In this document: piece after piece, positions 29,061 through 39,143 of the stretch
Layout: every line of letters begins with the position of its first letter
Numbering within the stretch: the stretch's first letter is position 1
Source: a virus
Direction: 5' to 3' (one strand)
Length of the DNA stretch: 64,000 bases
Virus record (IMG/VR): IMGVR_UViG_3300030107_001446
Location: 1 to 64,000 of that record
Translations under genes and position numbers: made by a program
The notes under the pieces: model-generated
Databases searched by the model: none
The model's input: the letters and a program-made list of their open reading frames with translations, nothing else
What the model was told of the DNA's origin: nothing

Positions 29061-30679
29061 TAACTTTTGAGAAGATTCGTTGGAAGAATTTCCTATCTAC
29101 TGGTAATACTTTCACCGAAGTGACTTTGAATGGTGCTAGATCGCACCTTATAATTGGAGCAAATGGAGCAGGGAAGTCTACGATGTTAGATGCACTCTGC
29201 TTTGGTTTGTTCAATAAACCATTTCGTAAGATAAGTATTAGTCAGTTGGTTAATAGTATCAACGAGAAAGAATTAATAGTAGAGATTGAGTTTAGTATCG
29301 GATCTGTCCATTACAAAGTAAAACGAGGGAGGAAACCTAATGTATTTGAAATTTATAGAAACGGTAAACTACTTGACCAAGATGCTGCTACCAAAGATTC
29401 ACAGAAGTACCTTGAACATTCAGTCCTCAAACTTAACTTTAAGAGTTTCACACAGGTCGTCATCCTTGGTTCATCCACATTTGTACCCTTCATGCAACTC
29501 GGAGCAAGTGTCAGGAGAGAAGTTATCGAAGATATATTGGACATCCAGATCTTCTCAAGAATGAATGGTATCCTTAAGGATAAAGTAAGAGATGTAAGAG
29601 AGAATCAAATTAAAGCAGAAGGTAAACTGACTAAAGAGAAAGCAGTATTGACATTAGAGGAACAATATTTTGAAGAGAGAAAGAAGGAGAAGGGTAAGAG
29701 AATAGGTGAGATTGATGCACGAATGTATGAGTGCCATGACGAGATAGAAATACTAAGTAGGAAGGCCAAAGACCTAGGTGAAGTTAAAGCCAAGTATGAT
29801 GAGATGAAAGACATGAGAATCAAGATATCTCACAACCTAGACAAGGCCAAGAGTGATTTGAAATTGTATTGGGAGAATGATACATGTCCTACATGTAATC
29901 AAGAGATACAGGATAAGACATTGATGATATCAAATGCTCAGGAAAGAGAGAAGAAGTTTATAGAAGGTCTTAAAGTCATCACTGATGCCCTTAATCGAGG
30001 TCACAAGCAAGTAAAACAGTTACAGGGGTATGCTGATGAGATATCTCAAATTAACTACGAGCTGAAGTCATTACAGCAAGAGCAGAATGTATTATTACAG
30101 CAAGAACAGAACTATTCCAAGACGGATTTGGATAAGTATAGAGACTCAGTTGATAAACTGGCACAAGAGGTAGCGACAATCAACGAAGAGTCTGATAATC
30201 TTAAGGTGGTAGGTAGTTTACTAAGGGATACTGGGATCAAATCTAAGATCATCAGTAAGTTCATCCCCTTGATCAATCAAAAGATTAATAAATACCTGCA
30301 ATCAATGGATTTCTTTGTCAACTTTACTATTGATGAAGAGTTCAAAGAAGTTATCAAGAGTAGATACAGAGATGAGTTCTCCTATGCTTCCTTTTCAGAG
30401 GGTGAGAAGCAAAAGATTGACTTATCTGTCTTGTTTACATGGAGAGAGATAGCAAAGATGAAAAACTCTGCTGCTACCAACCTCCTGATACTGGATGAAG
30501 TATTTGATTCTTCCTTGGATGACTCTAGTACAGATGAATTACTCAAGATTCTGAAGGCACTAGACAAAACTGTGAACTTATTCGTCATTTCACATAAAGG
30601 GGAGTTACTTCTTGATAAATTCGATAAGACCCTCAAGTTCGAGAAGACCAATGATTTTTCCAAACTGGCAGCATCATAG
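29057..30679 (+). CDS. gp46: Recombination ATPase gp46 (Rad50/SbcC-like)
   Basis: WKNFLSTGN, GANGAGKST, CPTC zinc hook, FSEGEK, LILDEVFD, VISHK. Confidence 0.96.
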   Translation: MITFEKIRWKNFLSTGNTFTEVTLNGARSHLIIGANGAGKSTMLDALCFGLFNKPFRKISISQLVNSINEKELIVEIEFSIGSVHYKVKRGRKPNVFEIYRNGKLLDQDAATKDSQKYLEHSVLKLNFKSFTQVVILGSSTFVPFMQLGASVRREVIEDILDIQIFSRMNGILKDKVRDVRENQIKAEGKLTKEKAVLTLEEQYFEERKKEKGKRIGEIDARMYECHDEIEILSRKAKDLGEVKAKYDEMKDMRIKISHNLDKAKSDLKLYWENDTCPTCNQEIQDKTLMISNAQEREKKFIEGLKVITDALNRGHKQVKQLQGYADEISQINYELKSLQQEQNVLLQQEQNYSKTDLDKYRDSVDKLAQEVATINEESDNLKVVGSLLRDTGIKSKIISKFIPLINQKINKYLQSMDFFVNFTIDEEFKEVIKSRYRDEFSYASFSEGEKQKIDLSVLFTWREIAKMKNSAATNLLILDEVFDSSLDDSSTDELLKILKALDKTVNLFVISHKGELLLDKFDKTLKFEKTNDFSKLAAS

Positions 30680-30851
30680 TAAGAAGGAGGCAAAGCGTCA
30701 TCTCAAACCGCAAGCACTCCGACAGGCACGAAAAAGAACGAGACAGTTGAAAAAGTGTCTACTAAACCCTCCCAAGCGGAGGGTTTCCTATTATAATGTG
30801 AATATACACAGGAAATTAGATGACCAACGAAGTAAAAGGACAACTTGCTAA
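30651..30851 (+). CDS. Small basic hypothetical protein
   Basis: MIFPNWQHHSKKEAKRHLKPQALRQARKR; its 3' half runs through a hairpin and promoter. Confidence 0.4.
   Translation: MIFPNWQHHSKKEAKRHLKPQALRQARKRTRQLKKCLLNPPKRRVSYYNVNIHRKLDDQRSKRTTC
30752..30797 (+). promoter_or_regulatory. Putative early promoter: AAAGTGTCTAC-N29-TATAAT with internal hairpin
   Basis: Same motif-to-TATAAT spacing at 33525 and 55588; hairpin AAACCCTCC-caagc-GGAGGGTTT at 30764-30786. Confidence 0.55.
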
Positions 30852-33033
30852 ACTACTAGCAACAGAAAATCTTATAGTAGAGCATAGGGTATGTCAGACA
30901 GCAATGTTTGATGTTGATAAGAGAGTCTTGACACTTCCTATCTGGGATACAACAGAAAGAGTTTATAATATGTTGGTTGGACATGAGGTAGGACACGCAC
31001 TCTTCACTCCAACAGATGATTGGAAAGAGATGACAATACATCCTGACCTTCCTCAATCATATGTGAATGTTACAGAGGATGCACGTATCGAGAAGTTGAT
31101 GAAGAGAAAGTTTCCTGGTCTTTCTAAAGATTTCTTTGAAGGTTACAGACAATTAAATGACCAAGACTTCTTTCAGATAGAAGAGGAGATTCCTGAGGAC
31201 ATTCATCTAATCGATAGAATCAATCTACACTTCAAGATTGGTGCTTATAGTGTTATGCCATTTAATGACGCTGAGAGAGTCCTCAGAGACGCTGTAGAGG
31301 TCGCTGAGACATTCCAACAAGCAGTTGATGCAGCAGCAGCAATTTATGAATATGAAAAGAAGAAGCAAGAGCAAGAAAAAATTGAGTCACTATCAGAAGA
31401 TGGAGGTACAGATGACATAAGTCTTGACCAGAAATCAGGTGATAGTATAGGTGCAAGTCCAGATGACTCTGGTGAAGAAGGTAAAGCACAGAATAAGAAA
31501 GGTGACCATGAGGAAGGTAAGAAGGGAGATTCTGATACTACAGCAGAAGCACAGCCTGAAGGTGGACGTGAGAATAGTAACCTAGAAGCAAAGACAGATG
31601 CAGCATTAAAAGAAAGTCTCGAAGACTTGGTTGATAAGAGTGAGTCACATCCACCTGTCTATGTTACTGTCCCTAATGTAGACCTAGAGCATCATATTGT
31701 TGATGCATCGAAAGTCCATGAATTAAACAATGAGTATTGGGGTAATGATTACTATACTAATCCAGACCATGAGTATTACAGACCATTAGATTGGACATAC
31801 ACCGACAACGAGTATCGTCAGTTTAAAAAGGATTGCTCTCGTGAAGTAAACTATCTTTCTAAAGAGTTTGAAATGAAGAAAGCAGCAACTTCATATGCAA
31901 GACAATCTGTTTCTCGCACAGGAGTGTTAGATACAAAGAAACTCTTTAGTTACAAATACAATGAGGATATATTCAAGAGAATTACATCCACACCTGATGG
32001 TAAGAACCATGGTTTAATCTTCTTACTTGATTGGTCAGGGTCAATGGCAGATGAATTACTTGATACTTACAAGCAATTACTATCTCTTTGCTTATTCTGT
32101 AGGAAATCAGGTATCCCATTCGATGTTTATGCATTCGTGCAGGATGGACACTACTGGAGTCAAAACTGCACCGTAGCAGATATGGATAAAGGTAATAAAG
32201 ATGAGATGCATATTCCTCCTTCTTTCTTCCTAGTTAACTATCTTAACAGTAGACTTAACAACGCAACATTTGATACCTATGCACGTGATTTGTGGAGGAT
32301 ATGCTATATGATTGACACAAAATACACCTATAGATACAGTTCAAGAAAAAACATAGATTTTGAAAGAGCATCATCAGTACCTGATGCTGTCCCATCACAC
32401 ATGCAGTTGGGTGGCACACCATTAAACGAAGCAATAGCATGTCTTCAAAGTCTTATTCCTGACTTCCAAAGAAAGAATGGAGTAGAGAAGGTGCATGTAT
32501 CTATTCTTACTGATGGTGAAGGTGCACATCCTGGTTACTGGAGAGAACCATCAGAGCATAGGAAGCAAATTAATCAAGAGTATGGGTATAAAACTGAAGA
32601 ATGTTATAGAAGTGCAATGCCATGGTCAACTCAACTAAGAGATAGAAACAATGGTAGAGTATATTCAATGAGTATGAGAGGTCATTCTGATTATACTAAG
32701 TTACTTCTAAGATATCTTAAAGGTAGATTCCCAGAGTGTAACTTCTTAGGTTTCCGTATTGCACAGGCAAGAGAAATCAGAAGATACTTTGAGTATGAGA
32801 CAAAGGATAGTGAAAAGTATATGAAAACTTTCTCGAAGACCAAGTGTGTATCAGCACCTATCCTAGGGTATCAAGAAATCTTCTTTATTAACCCTACCTC
32901 GCTAAATACAGACGACTCATTCGAACCTAAGTCTGATTCTAAAGCAGATATCAAGAGAGCATTCACTAAATCTCTTAAGTCTAAAAAGAATAACAAGAAA
33001 ATTTTATCATCATTCATTGACCAGATAGCATGA
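30820..33033 (+). CDS. Metallopeptidase-like (HExxH) + vWA domain protein (CobT-like)
   Basis: HEVGH, NVTEDARIE, and MIDAS motif FLLDWSGSM...GGTPL...ILTDGEG. Confidence 0.8.
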   Translation: MTNEVKGQLAKLLATENLIVEHRVCQTAMFDVDKRVLTLPIWDTTERVYNMLVGHEVGHALFTPTDDWKEMTIHPDLPQSYVNVTEDARIEKLMKRKFPGLSKDFFEGYRQLNDQDFFQIEEEIPEDIHLIDRINLHFKIGAYSVMPFNDAERVLRDAVEVAETFQQAVDAAAAIYEYEKKKQEQEKIESLSEDGGTDDISLDQKSGDSIGASPDDSGEEGKAQNKKGDHEEGKKGDSDTTAEAQPEGGRENSNLEAKTDAALKESLEDLVDKSESHPPVYVTVPNVDLEHHIVDASKVHELNNEYWGNDYYTNPDHEYYRPLDWTYTDNEYRQFKKDCSREVNYLSKEFEMKKAATSYARQSVSRTGVLDTKKLFSYKYNEDIFKRITSTPDGKNHGLIFLLDWSGSMADELLDTYKQLLSLCLFCRKSGIPFDVYAFVQDGHYWSQNCTVADMDKGNKDEMHIPPSFFLVNYLNSRLNNATFDTYARDLWRICYMIDTKYTYRYSSRKNIDFERASSVPDAVPSHMQLGGTPLNEAIACLQSLIPDFQRKNGVEKVHVSILTDGEGAHPGYWREPSEHRKQINQEYGYKTEECYRSAMPWSTQLRDRNNGRVYSMSMRGHSDYTKLLLRYLKGRFPECNFLGFRIAQAREIRRYFEYETKDSEKYMKTFSKTKCVSAPILGYQEIFFINPTSLNTDDSFEPKSDSKADIKRAFTKSLKSKKNNKKILSSFIDQIA

Positions 33034-33569
33034 ATATCTTTGCAGTAGATGAGGATCCTGCACTAGCAGCATTCTCTCTACCTGACAAATACGTTGTTAA
33101 GATGCCAGTTGAGACCACGCAAATCATTGCGTTGGTCTTTTCTAAGTGGTACCATGGGTATGGAAATGTATTAAAGTCAGACAATCAACCTTACAATACT
33201 ACTAAGGGTGCATTTAGAAATCATCCTTGTACTAAATGGGCAGCAAAAACTGATGATAATCTACAATGGTTATTCCAACATGGGATATCATTATGTAATG
33301 AATATGAGTCTAGGTATGGTAAGAAACATGCGTGTGAGAGAAGTATCCGACTAGCAGCACTTACTAGGATGGAGAATGGATGTCCAGAGAAACACACACC
33401 TTTTGTTAGGGCAATGCCTGATGCATTAAAGTATGATAATAGTATTACTACTACTCATGCTTATAGATTATATCTTGCTACGAAGCCATGGATACTAGAA
33501 AATTATAAGCGTGTGCCAGATAAGAAACCGTCATGGTTACCTACACAACCTTTAGTTTTGGGGTTATAA
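33030..33569 (+). CDS. Pyrimidine-dimer DNA glycosylase (DenV superfamily)-like protein
   Basis: MNIF..D.DP..AA...DKYVVKM..ETTQ, NHPCTKW, EYESRYGKKH, AYRLY. Confidence 0.65.
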   Translation: MNIFAVDEDPALAAFSLPDKYVVKMPVETTQIIALVFSKWYHGYGNVLKSDNQPYNTTKGAFRNHPCTKWAAKTDDNLQWLFQHGISLCNEYESRYGKKHACERSIRLAALTRMENGCPEKHTPFVRAMPDALKYDNSITTTHAYRLYLATKPWILENYKRVPDKKPSWLPTQPLVLGL

Positions 33570-33570
33570 T
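33525..33570 (+). promoter_or_regulatory. Putative early promoter: AAACCGTCATG-N29-TATAAT
   Basis: Same spacing as the 30752 and 55588 sites; lies inside the end of the upstream CDS. Confidence 0.45.
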
Positions 33571-33595
33571 AAGTGTATACAAAACAAAAAGATCA

Positions 33596-34684
33596 ATGCC
33601 TCAACTTTGCACAGTGACAACAGACGACCTAAGAGATTATTTAATCAGTAACTTCGGTGAGAAGGTGGATGCTAACCACTTAAAAAAAGCACAAAAGAAA
33701 TTTAAACTTTCATATCAGACAGTAAGTAAGTATTTGAATGATTTTAAAGTTAAACGTGGTAAGTGGGACTTATCAATAGCAGAAGTTAAACAGCAGTTGG
33801 AATCAACTGTGCAATACACAGCAGGAGAGAGTCTAGTACCTGCAATAGATAGTCACTTCGTACCATTCGGTGACTTCCCTGACCTCAAGAAGGTTATAGC
33901 ATCTAAGATATTCTATCCTATATTCATCACAGGATTATCTGGTAACGGTAAGACATTCGGTGTAGAGCAAGCATGTGCAGCATCAAAGAGAGACTTAATT
34001 CGTGTTAATATTACAGTTGAAACTGATGAAGATGACTTGATTGGTGGATTCAGACTTGTCGATGGCAACACAGTATGGCATAATGGACCTGTTATTGAAG
34101 CACTTGAGAGAGGGTCAGTATTATTACTTGATGAGATTGACCTAGCATCTAATAAGATTCTATGTTTACAATCTATTCTTGAGGGTAACGGTGTATTCTT
34201 GAAGAAGGTAGGACGTTATGTTAAACCTGCACCTGGTTTTACAGTTGTAGCAACTGCTAACACTAAGGGTAAAGGATCAGACGACGGTAGATTCATTGGT
34301 ACTAATGTATTAAATGAAGCATTCCTAGAGAGATTCCCAATTACATTTGAGCAGGAGTATCCAAAACCTAAGACAGAGATAAGAATGCTCAACAACTACT
34401 GTAAGGAATTAGATTGTTGCGATGACAAATACATTGCTAACCTTACAAACTGGGCAGAGATTATCCGTAAGACATTCAAGGATGGTGGTGTTGATGAAGT
34501 TATATCAACACGTAGACTTGTCCACATTATCAGGGCATATTCTATATTCTCTGATAGAGTTAAGGCAATACAAGTATGTCTAGCACGTTTCGATGATGAA
34601 ACAAAGAGGTCATTCTTGGAATTATATGATAAGATAGACAACGAGGTTGATATCGAATCACTTGACAACCCATTAGCAAACTGA
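33596..34684 (+). CDS. cobS: MoxR-type AAA+ ATPase (cyanophage 'CobS')
   Basis: GLSGNGKT, RVNIT, LLLDEID, ATANTKGKG, NEAFLERF, ISTRRL. Confidence 0.88.
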   Translation: MPQLCTVTTDDLRDYLISNFGEKVDANHLKKAQKKFKLSYQTVSKYLNDFKVKRGKWDLSIAEVKQQLESTVQYTAGESLVPAIDSHFVPFGDFPDLKKVIASKIFYPIFITGLSGNGKTFGVEQACAASKRDLIRVNITVETDEDDLIGGFRLVDGNTVWHNGPVIEALERGSVLLLDEIDLASNKILCLQSILEGNGVFLKKVGRYVKPAPGFTVVATANTKGKGSDDGRFIGTNVLNEAFLERFPITFEQEYPKPKTEIRMLNNYCKELDCCDDKYIANLTNWAEIIRKTFKDGGVDEVISTRRLVHIIRAYSIFSDRVKAIQVCLARFDDETKRSFLELYDKIDNEVDIESLDNPLAN

Positions 34685-34690
34685 TATAGT
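34662..34690 (+). promoter_or_regulatory. Sigma70-type promoter for the sliding-clamp operon
   Basis: TTGACA (34662-67), 17 nt, TATAGT (34685-90). Confidence 0.7.
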
Positions 34691-35011
34691 ATGAAGTATA
34701 GAGAAGAGGATACGATCAAGGTCATCCAAGATTATATCTCGCAGACCTACAGGTCGCACTACTCAAATGAAGAGAAGGGGGTCCAGACTTTGGATCTCCT
34801 TGAGGCCATCGGGACAGCAGAAGCATTCTGCCAATCCAATATCATTAAGTATGCGTCTCGTTACAAAAAGAAAGGTAAGCATAAAGAAGATGTGTTAAAA
34901 ATCATTCATTATGCTATACTATTATATTACTTCTCAGGGACATCGTATCCAAATGATAAACCAGAGATAAACCAGGTTCCAACTCCCGCAGAATTTATAG
35001 ATTATGACTGA
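34691..35011 (+). CDS. Hypothetical protein (DUF3310-like)
   Basis: TYRSHY, FCQSNIIKYASRYKKKG, DVLKIIHYA. Confidence 0.7.
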   Translation: MKYREEDTIKVIQDYISQTYRSHYSNEEKGVQTLDLLEAIGTAEAFCQSNIIKYASRYKKKGKHKEDVLKIIHYAILLYYFSGTSYPNDKPEINQVPTPAEFIDYD

Positions 35012-35762
35012 TCAAAAAGACCCAAGATTGAATATCAAATTGAGTAAGGCAACGATTGACCTTCTTCGTAACTTCAGCACTATTAATAAGTCCATTCTTA
35101 TTGAGAGTGGTAAGTTTGTGCAAACGATGTCGGTCAATAAGAATATTATTGCAATGGGCACAATTAGGGAGCAAGTACCACATGACATGGCAATCTACGA
35201 CCTGCCATTATTTCTAGGAGCAGTGTCTCTGTTTAGAGAACCATGGTTATTCTTCCCTGATGACAAGAAAGTCATCATATATGATGAGGAGAGTAAGGGT
35301 AAGACAACATTCTATTATAGTGACCCTAGTGTAATCGTTACACCTCCTGAGTTTAACCCTGACTTACCTGATAAGTTGGTGCATTTTGACCTACCACAGA
35401 GAGATTTAACCCAACTGCTTCAAGCAGCAAAGGTATATGGTGTGGAAGACCTATGTATCAATGGATTTAGAGGTGAGTATAGTATCTGTGTTAAGGATAA
35501 GAAGAATGATACATCAAATGTATTCTCCTTACCTCTTAAGAAAGTTATTTTCCCACCATCAACAGGTCAAGATGGTGAGTTTCAAGCACCATCCTCTGAG
35601 GACATGACAAAGCAACGTAACTTCTGTCATTGCTTTAAGGTAGAGAATCTTAAGTTGATTGATTCATCTTATCATGTGACTTTGAGTGGTAAAAACATTG
35701 CAAACTTCACATCACTTGTTAATTCGGAGTTGAATTACTTCGTAGCGTTGGAGCCTAACTAA
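35004..35762 (+). CDS. gp45: Sliding clamp gp45
   Basis: LLRNFSTINKSI, IYDLPLFL, FYYSDPSVI, YFVALEP. Confidence 0.92.
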   Translation: MTDQKDPRLNIKLSKATIDLLRNFSTINKSILIESGKFVQTMSVNKNIIAMGTIREQVPHDMAIYDLPLFLGAVSLFREPWLFFPDDKKVIIYDEESKGKTTFYYSDPSVIVTPPEFNPDLPDKLVHFDLPQRDLTQLLQAAKVYGVEDLCINGFRGEYSICVKDKKNDTSNVFSLPLKKVIFPPSTGQDGEFQAPSSEDMTKQRNFCHCFKVENLKLIDSSYHVTLSGKNIANFTSLVNSELNYFVALEPN

Positions 35763-36694
35763 TGTTTCTATGGGTAGAGAAGTATAGACCACATACAATA
35801 GAAGAATGCGTCCTACCTGATGATACTAAGCAAGTATTCCGAGGATTTTTAGAGCAAGGGGAGATACCAAACCTCTTGCTCTCTGGGTCTGCGGGTGTAG
35901 GCAAAACCACAATAGCGAAAGCATTATGCGAAGAGTTAGGAGCAGACAGTTATGTTATTAATGGGTCTGATGAGGGTAGATTCTTGGACACTGTACGCAA
36001 TCAGGCAAAGACCTTTGCTTCTACTGTTTCTCTTACATCTTCATCAAAGCATAAGGTTATCATTGTGGATGAAGCGGATAATACAACACCAGATGTCCAA
36101 CTTCTATTACGTGCAGCGATTGAAGAGTTTCAAAAGAACTGCAGGTTCATCTTCACGTGTAATTATAAAAATAAAATCATAGACCCACTCCATAGTAGGT
36201 GTTCTGTGGTTGATTTTACTGTTAGTAAGAATAAACAGAAGTTAGCAGCAGCATTCTTCGAGAAGGTTAGAGTTATTCTTGATAAGGAATCAATTAAGTA
36301 TGAACCTAAGGTAGTAGCAGAGGTAGTAACCAAATACTTCCCTGACTTTCGTAGGACTCTTAATGAGTTGCAGAGATATTCTGCATGTGGTATCATTGAT
36401 GCAGGTATCTTAACTTCTGGTGCTGAGTTTAGCATAGAGAAGTTAGTAGGTTACCTTAAGGTGAAAGAGTTTACCAACATGAAGAAGTGGGTATCTCAGA
36501 ATTTAGATAACGAACCACAGGTTATAATGAGAAAGGTATATGATAATCTTTATCAGTATCTTAATCCTGCATCTATACCTGAGGCAGTGTTGATTATCTC
36601 TGAGTATCAATACAAATCTTCCTTTGTGGTAGACCAAGAGATAAATATGGTCGCATTTATGACCGAGTTAATGATGAGGTGTGAATTTAAGTAA
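35762..36694 (+). CDS. gp44: Clamp loader large subunit gp44
   Basis: LWVEKYRP, GSAGVGKTT, IIVDEAD, PLHSRC, PDFRRTLNELQ. Confidence 0.95.
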   Translation: MFLWVEKYRPHTIEECVLPDDTKQVFRGFLEQGEIPNLLLSGSAGVGKTTIAKALCEELGADSYVINGSDEGRFLDTVRNQAKTFASTVSLTSSSKHKVIIVDEADNTTPDVQLLLRAAIEEFQKNCRFIFTCNYKNKIIDPLHSRCSVVDFTVSKNKQKLAAAFFEKVRVILDKESIKYEPKVVAEVVTKYFPDFRRTLNELQRYSACGIIDAGILTSGAEFSIEKLVGYLKVKEFTNMKKWVSQNLDNEPQVIMRKVYDNLYQYLNPASIPEAVLIISEYQYKSSFVVDQEINMVAFMTELMMRCEFK

Positions 36695-36765
36695 TGTGGT
36701 ATACACTATTCTGGACAGTAATTATCATGTATGTTCTAATTCGTATTGGAGTGTTTAGAAAATGA
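36694..36765 (+). CDS. 23-aa hydrophobic miniprotein
   Basis: Read manually: MWYTLFWTVIIMYVLIRIGVFRK; TAATG and ATGA coupling at both ends. Confidence 0.4.
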   Translation: MWYTLFWTVIIMYVLIRIGVFRK

Positions 36766-36968
36766 CTGCTAAGTGGGTCAAGGACATTCCTAACTGGGAG
36801 AAAGAATATTTACAGTGGAACTCTGACTTATCACGTCGTCAGAAGGAAATACTAGAGGGTGATGACATCAAATCACATGAAGGTATGTTGTATGGTGAGA
36901 TGTATTCTCAATGGAAGAGGAATAAGATACTCTATGCAGCAGATATGTCGGAGGGTGAGTGTGACTAA
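36762..36968 (+). CDS. Hypothetical protein
   Basis: 68 aa; coupled to neighbours. Confidence 0.55.
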   Translation: MTAKWVKDIPNWEKEYLQWNSDLSRRQKEILEGDDIKSHEGMLYGEMYSQWKRNKILYAADMSEGECD

Positions 36969-37096
36969 TGAAAGAAGCAGACATCCTACCTATCCTCATG
37001 AAATACTTTAAAGTATACAGAGGTAAAGACCAAAACTACAAGAATATATTTTATTGTTGTGATGAGTTGGTGAAGAAATTAAATGAAGGAGTTTAA
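36968..37096 (+). CDS. 42-aa hypothetical protein
   Basis: Read manually: MKEADILPILMKYFKVYRGKDQNYKNIFYCCDELVKKLNEGV. Confidence 0.4.
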   Translation: MKEADILPILMKYFKVYRGKDQNYKNIFYCCDELVKKLNEGV

Positions 37097-37098
37097 TT

Positions 37099-37248
37099 AT
37101 GAATCCTATTGACACAAACAGAATTGCTAACGCACTCGAAAGAATCGCACAAGCATTAGAGCATTTCAATATTGAGCATGCTCACATAGATGAGATAGAT
37201 CATAATCATGTTGAAGGTGATGTCAACACTCACGCTAAAACTTGGTAA
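37099..37248 (+). CDS. 49-aa His/acidic-rich miniprotein
   Basis: Read manually: MNPIDTNRIANALERIAQALEHFNIEHAHIDEIDHNHVEGDVNTHAKTW; GAAGGAG RBS upstream. Confidence 0.55.
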   Translation: MNPIDTNRIANALERIAQALEHFNIEHAHIDEIDHNHVEGDVNTHAKTW

Positions 37249-37856
37249 TGAAAAAAGTAGAGTTGTATCCTGTAGAATGCTACGAATTTGAATCCAACCA
37301 TAAGTGGCAATGGATTGAAAAGATACATGAACTAGACTTGAAGGAGACAGGCACAGGTACTCTTAATACAGGTCCAGAATTACATAAAAATGAAAAGTTT
37401 AAACCTATTGTAGATTTTATTAATGAATGTTTGGGAAAAATTAGGTTACACTATAACTATGATTGTAGTGGTTTCAAGATTACTTCTATGTGGGGTAACT
37501 ACTACCGACCTGGCACAGACCAACACGCACACAGGCATGCCAATTCATACTATAGCGGGGTATTATACCTCAGTGGGGGTGCACCCACAGTCTTTTATGA
37601 CCCATTAGCACAGAGGTATCAAGCACAGTTTGATTTATTCACACTCCCTAAGTCATCCGTAGATGGATTTGACCAGAATGGACCGAGGTTTGAAAAGTCA
37701 GAGGCCGAAGCAGGTAAAATGATAGTATTTCCTAGTTGGTTGGTACATAGTACTGCTATAGCACAAGAGGATAGATATAGTATAGCCTTTAATGCTATGC
37801 CATATGGTAAGATTAATAGCAAGTGGGATTCTGTATTGAATATTGAGGTATTATGA
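37248..37856 (+). CDS. 2OG-Fe(II) oxygenase (TIGR02466-like)
   Basis: MWGN, HAHRHANSYYSGVLY, VFPSWLVH, RYSIAFN. Confidence 0.85.
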   Translation: MKKVELYPVECYEFESNHKWQWIEKIHELDLKETGTGTLNTGPELHKNEKFKPIVDFINECLGKIRLHYNYDCSGFKITSMWGNYYRPGTDQHAHRHANSYYSGVLYLSGGAPTVFYDPLAQRYQAQFDLFTLPKSSVDGFDQNGPRFEKSEAEAGKMIVFPSWLVHSTAIAQEDRYSIAFNAMPYGKINSKWDSVLNIEVL

Positions 37857-38515
37857 GACAGAAATATGACGAGTTACCTTTGTTCCCTGTAAGGACATTT
37901 ACTTTTATAGCACCTGAGGATCTACTGGAAGATACCTTAGAGAAGTGTAAGAAGTTACAGTATAAAGAATATAATCCTCCTGGTGGGGTAGGTACTAGCG
38001 ATGACATTCATATTAATGATGACTTTAAAGGTATCATTAATTGGTTTCAAGAGTGTATGGACACCCTACATGCAGATGAAGGGTGGTATACTGACCGTGT
38101 AGCAGTTTGTAAGGCATGGGTTAATAGATCCGATAAAGAGAGTTCAGATTGTCACGATGCTCATCGACATCCTATGTCATTGATGAGTGGTATATTCTAC
38201 CTTACTAATACACCTTATGCTCCTACTATATTTTTGGATCCCATTGATAAAAGAGAGTGGGATGCATTCTCAGTAGATGGTACACGTGATGAGTTTCATA
38301 GACAGTATGTCACACCAAAGAGAGGTGGATTAATTATCTTCCCTAGTTGGTTGATACATGCATCTATGCCTAACAACTCGTTGGATGATAGGTATACTAT
38401 TGCATTCAATACATTTCCTATGGGTGATATCAATAAGGGTGGTTGGGACCGTCCTATGGTACAAATTGATAACCCATTAGGTCCATTAGATTTAGGGACA
38501 TATGGTAAAGGTTAA
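37853..38515 (+). CDS. 2OG-Fe(II) oxygenase (TIGR02466-like)
   Basis: AWVN, AHRHPMSLMSGIFY, IFPSWLIH, RYTIAFN. Confidence 0.85.
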   Translation: MRQKYDELPLFPVRTFTFIAPEDLLEDTLEKCKKLQYKEYNPPGGVGTSDDIHINDDFKGIINWFQECMDTLHADEGWYTDRVAVCKAWVNRSDKESSDCHDAHRHPMSLMSGIFYLTNTPYAPTIFLDPIDKREWDAFSVDGTRDEFHRQYVTPKRGGLIIFPSWLIHASMPNNSLDDRYTIAFNTFPMGDINKGGWDRPMVQIDNPLGPLDLGTYGKG

Positions 38516-39143
38516 TGAAAGACATCTATTTCCAGTCGTCGTCAGGGAATACCATAAACCTGAGGATGATTTACATGAACATCTAATAGAATACTTTAAG
38601 ACATACCCTGCACAACCTTCTAATTTTCCAGAAGGTGTGTTGACAAGCAAACCAGACCTCCATAAGTCTGATAATATACATGTCAAAAGACTAATAGAAT
38701 TTTTTGATGGTTGTCTACATGAGTATCGTAATCAGTATCAGTTATACTGTGACAAGTTAGACATATCTCTTTGTTGGTTTAACCATGCACCTGCTAAGAG
38801 TGGGTATGGACACCCATTACATAGACATCCGATGTCATATTTGAGTGCAGTATATTATCTGACAGATGGTGCACCAACTATATTTGATGACCCATGCACA
38901 CCGAGGGTTTACGATACGCTCGATGTGTGGTATCATGATAAGATGGAAGCTGAACTTGGTATCAATGAGAAGATTGATGCTGAACCAGGTAAACTGATAC
39001 TCTTCCCTGCATGGTTGAGACACTTCTCAGGTAGACAGATGGAGGATTATGACAGATGGACAATATCATTTAATGCATTCCCTACTGGCCGAATAAATAC
39101 TGGACCGTGGGAGATGCCACAACTTGAGGTAAGTATAAAATGA
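38502..39143 (+). CDS. 2OG-Fe(II) oxygenase (TIGR02466-like)
   Basis: CWFN, LHRHPMSYLSAVYY, LFPAWLRH, RWTISFN. Confidence 0.85.
   Translation: MVKVNERHLFPVVVREYHKPEDDLHEHLIEYFKTYPAQPSNFPEGVLTSKPDLHKSDNIHVKRLIEFFDGCLHEYRNQYQLYCDKLDISLCWFNHAPAKSGYGHPLHRHPMSYLSAVYYLTDGAPTIFDDPCTPRVYDTLDVWYHDKMEAELGINEKIDAEPGKLILFPAWLRHFSGRQMEDYDRWTISFNAFPTGRINTGPWEMPQLEVSIK

Noticed and set aside
33596-34684. cobS as a true cobalamin-synthesis auxiliary metabolic gene
   Set aside because: Only generic MoxR AAA motifs are visible and no cobN or other cob genes are in the window. The symbol is kept as the conventional label only.
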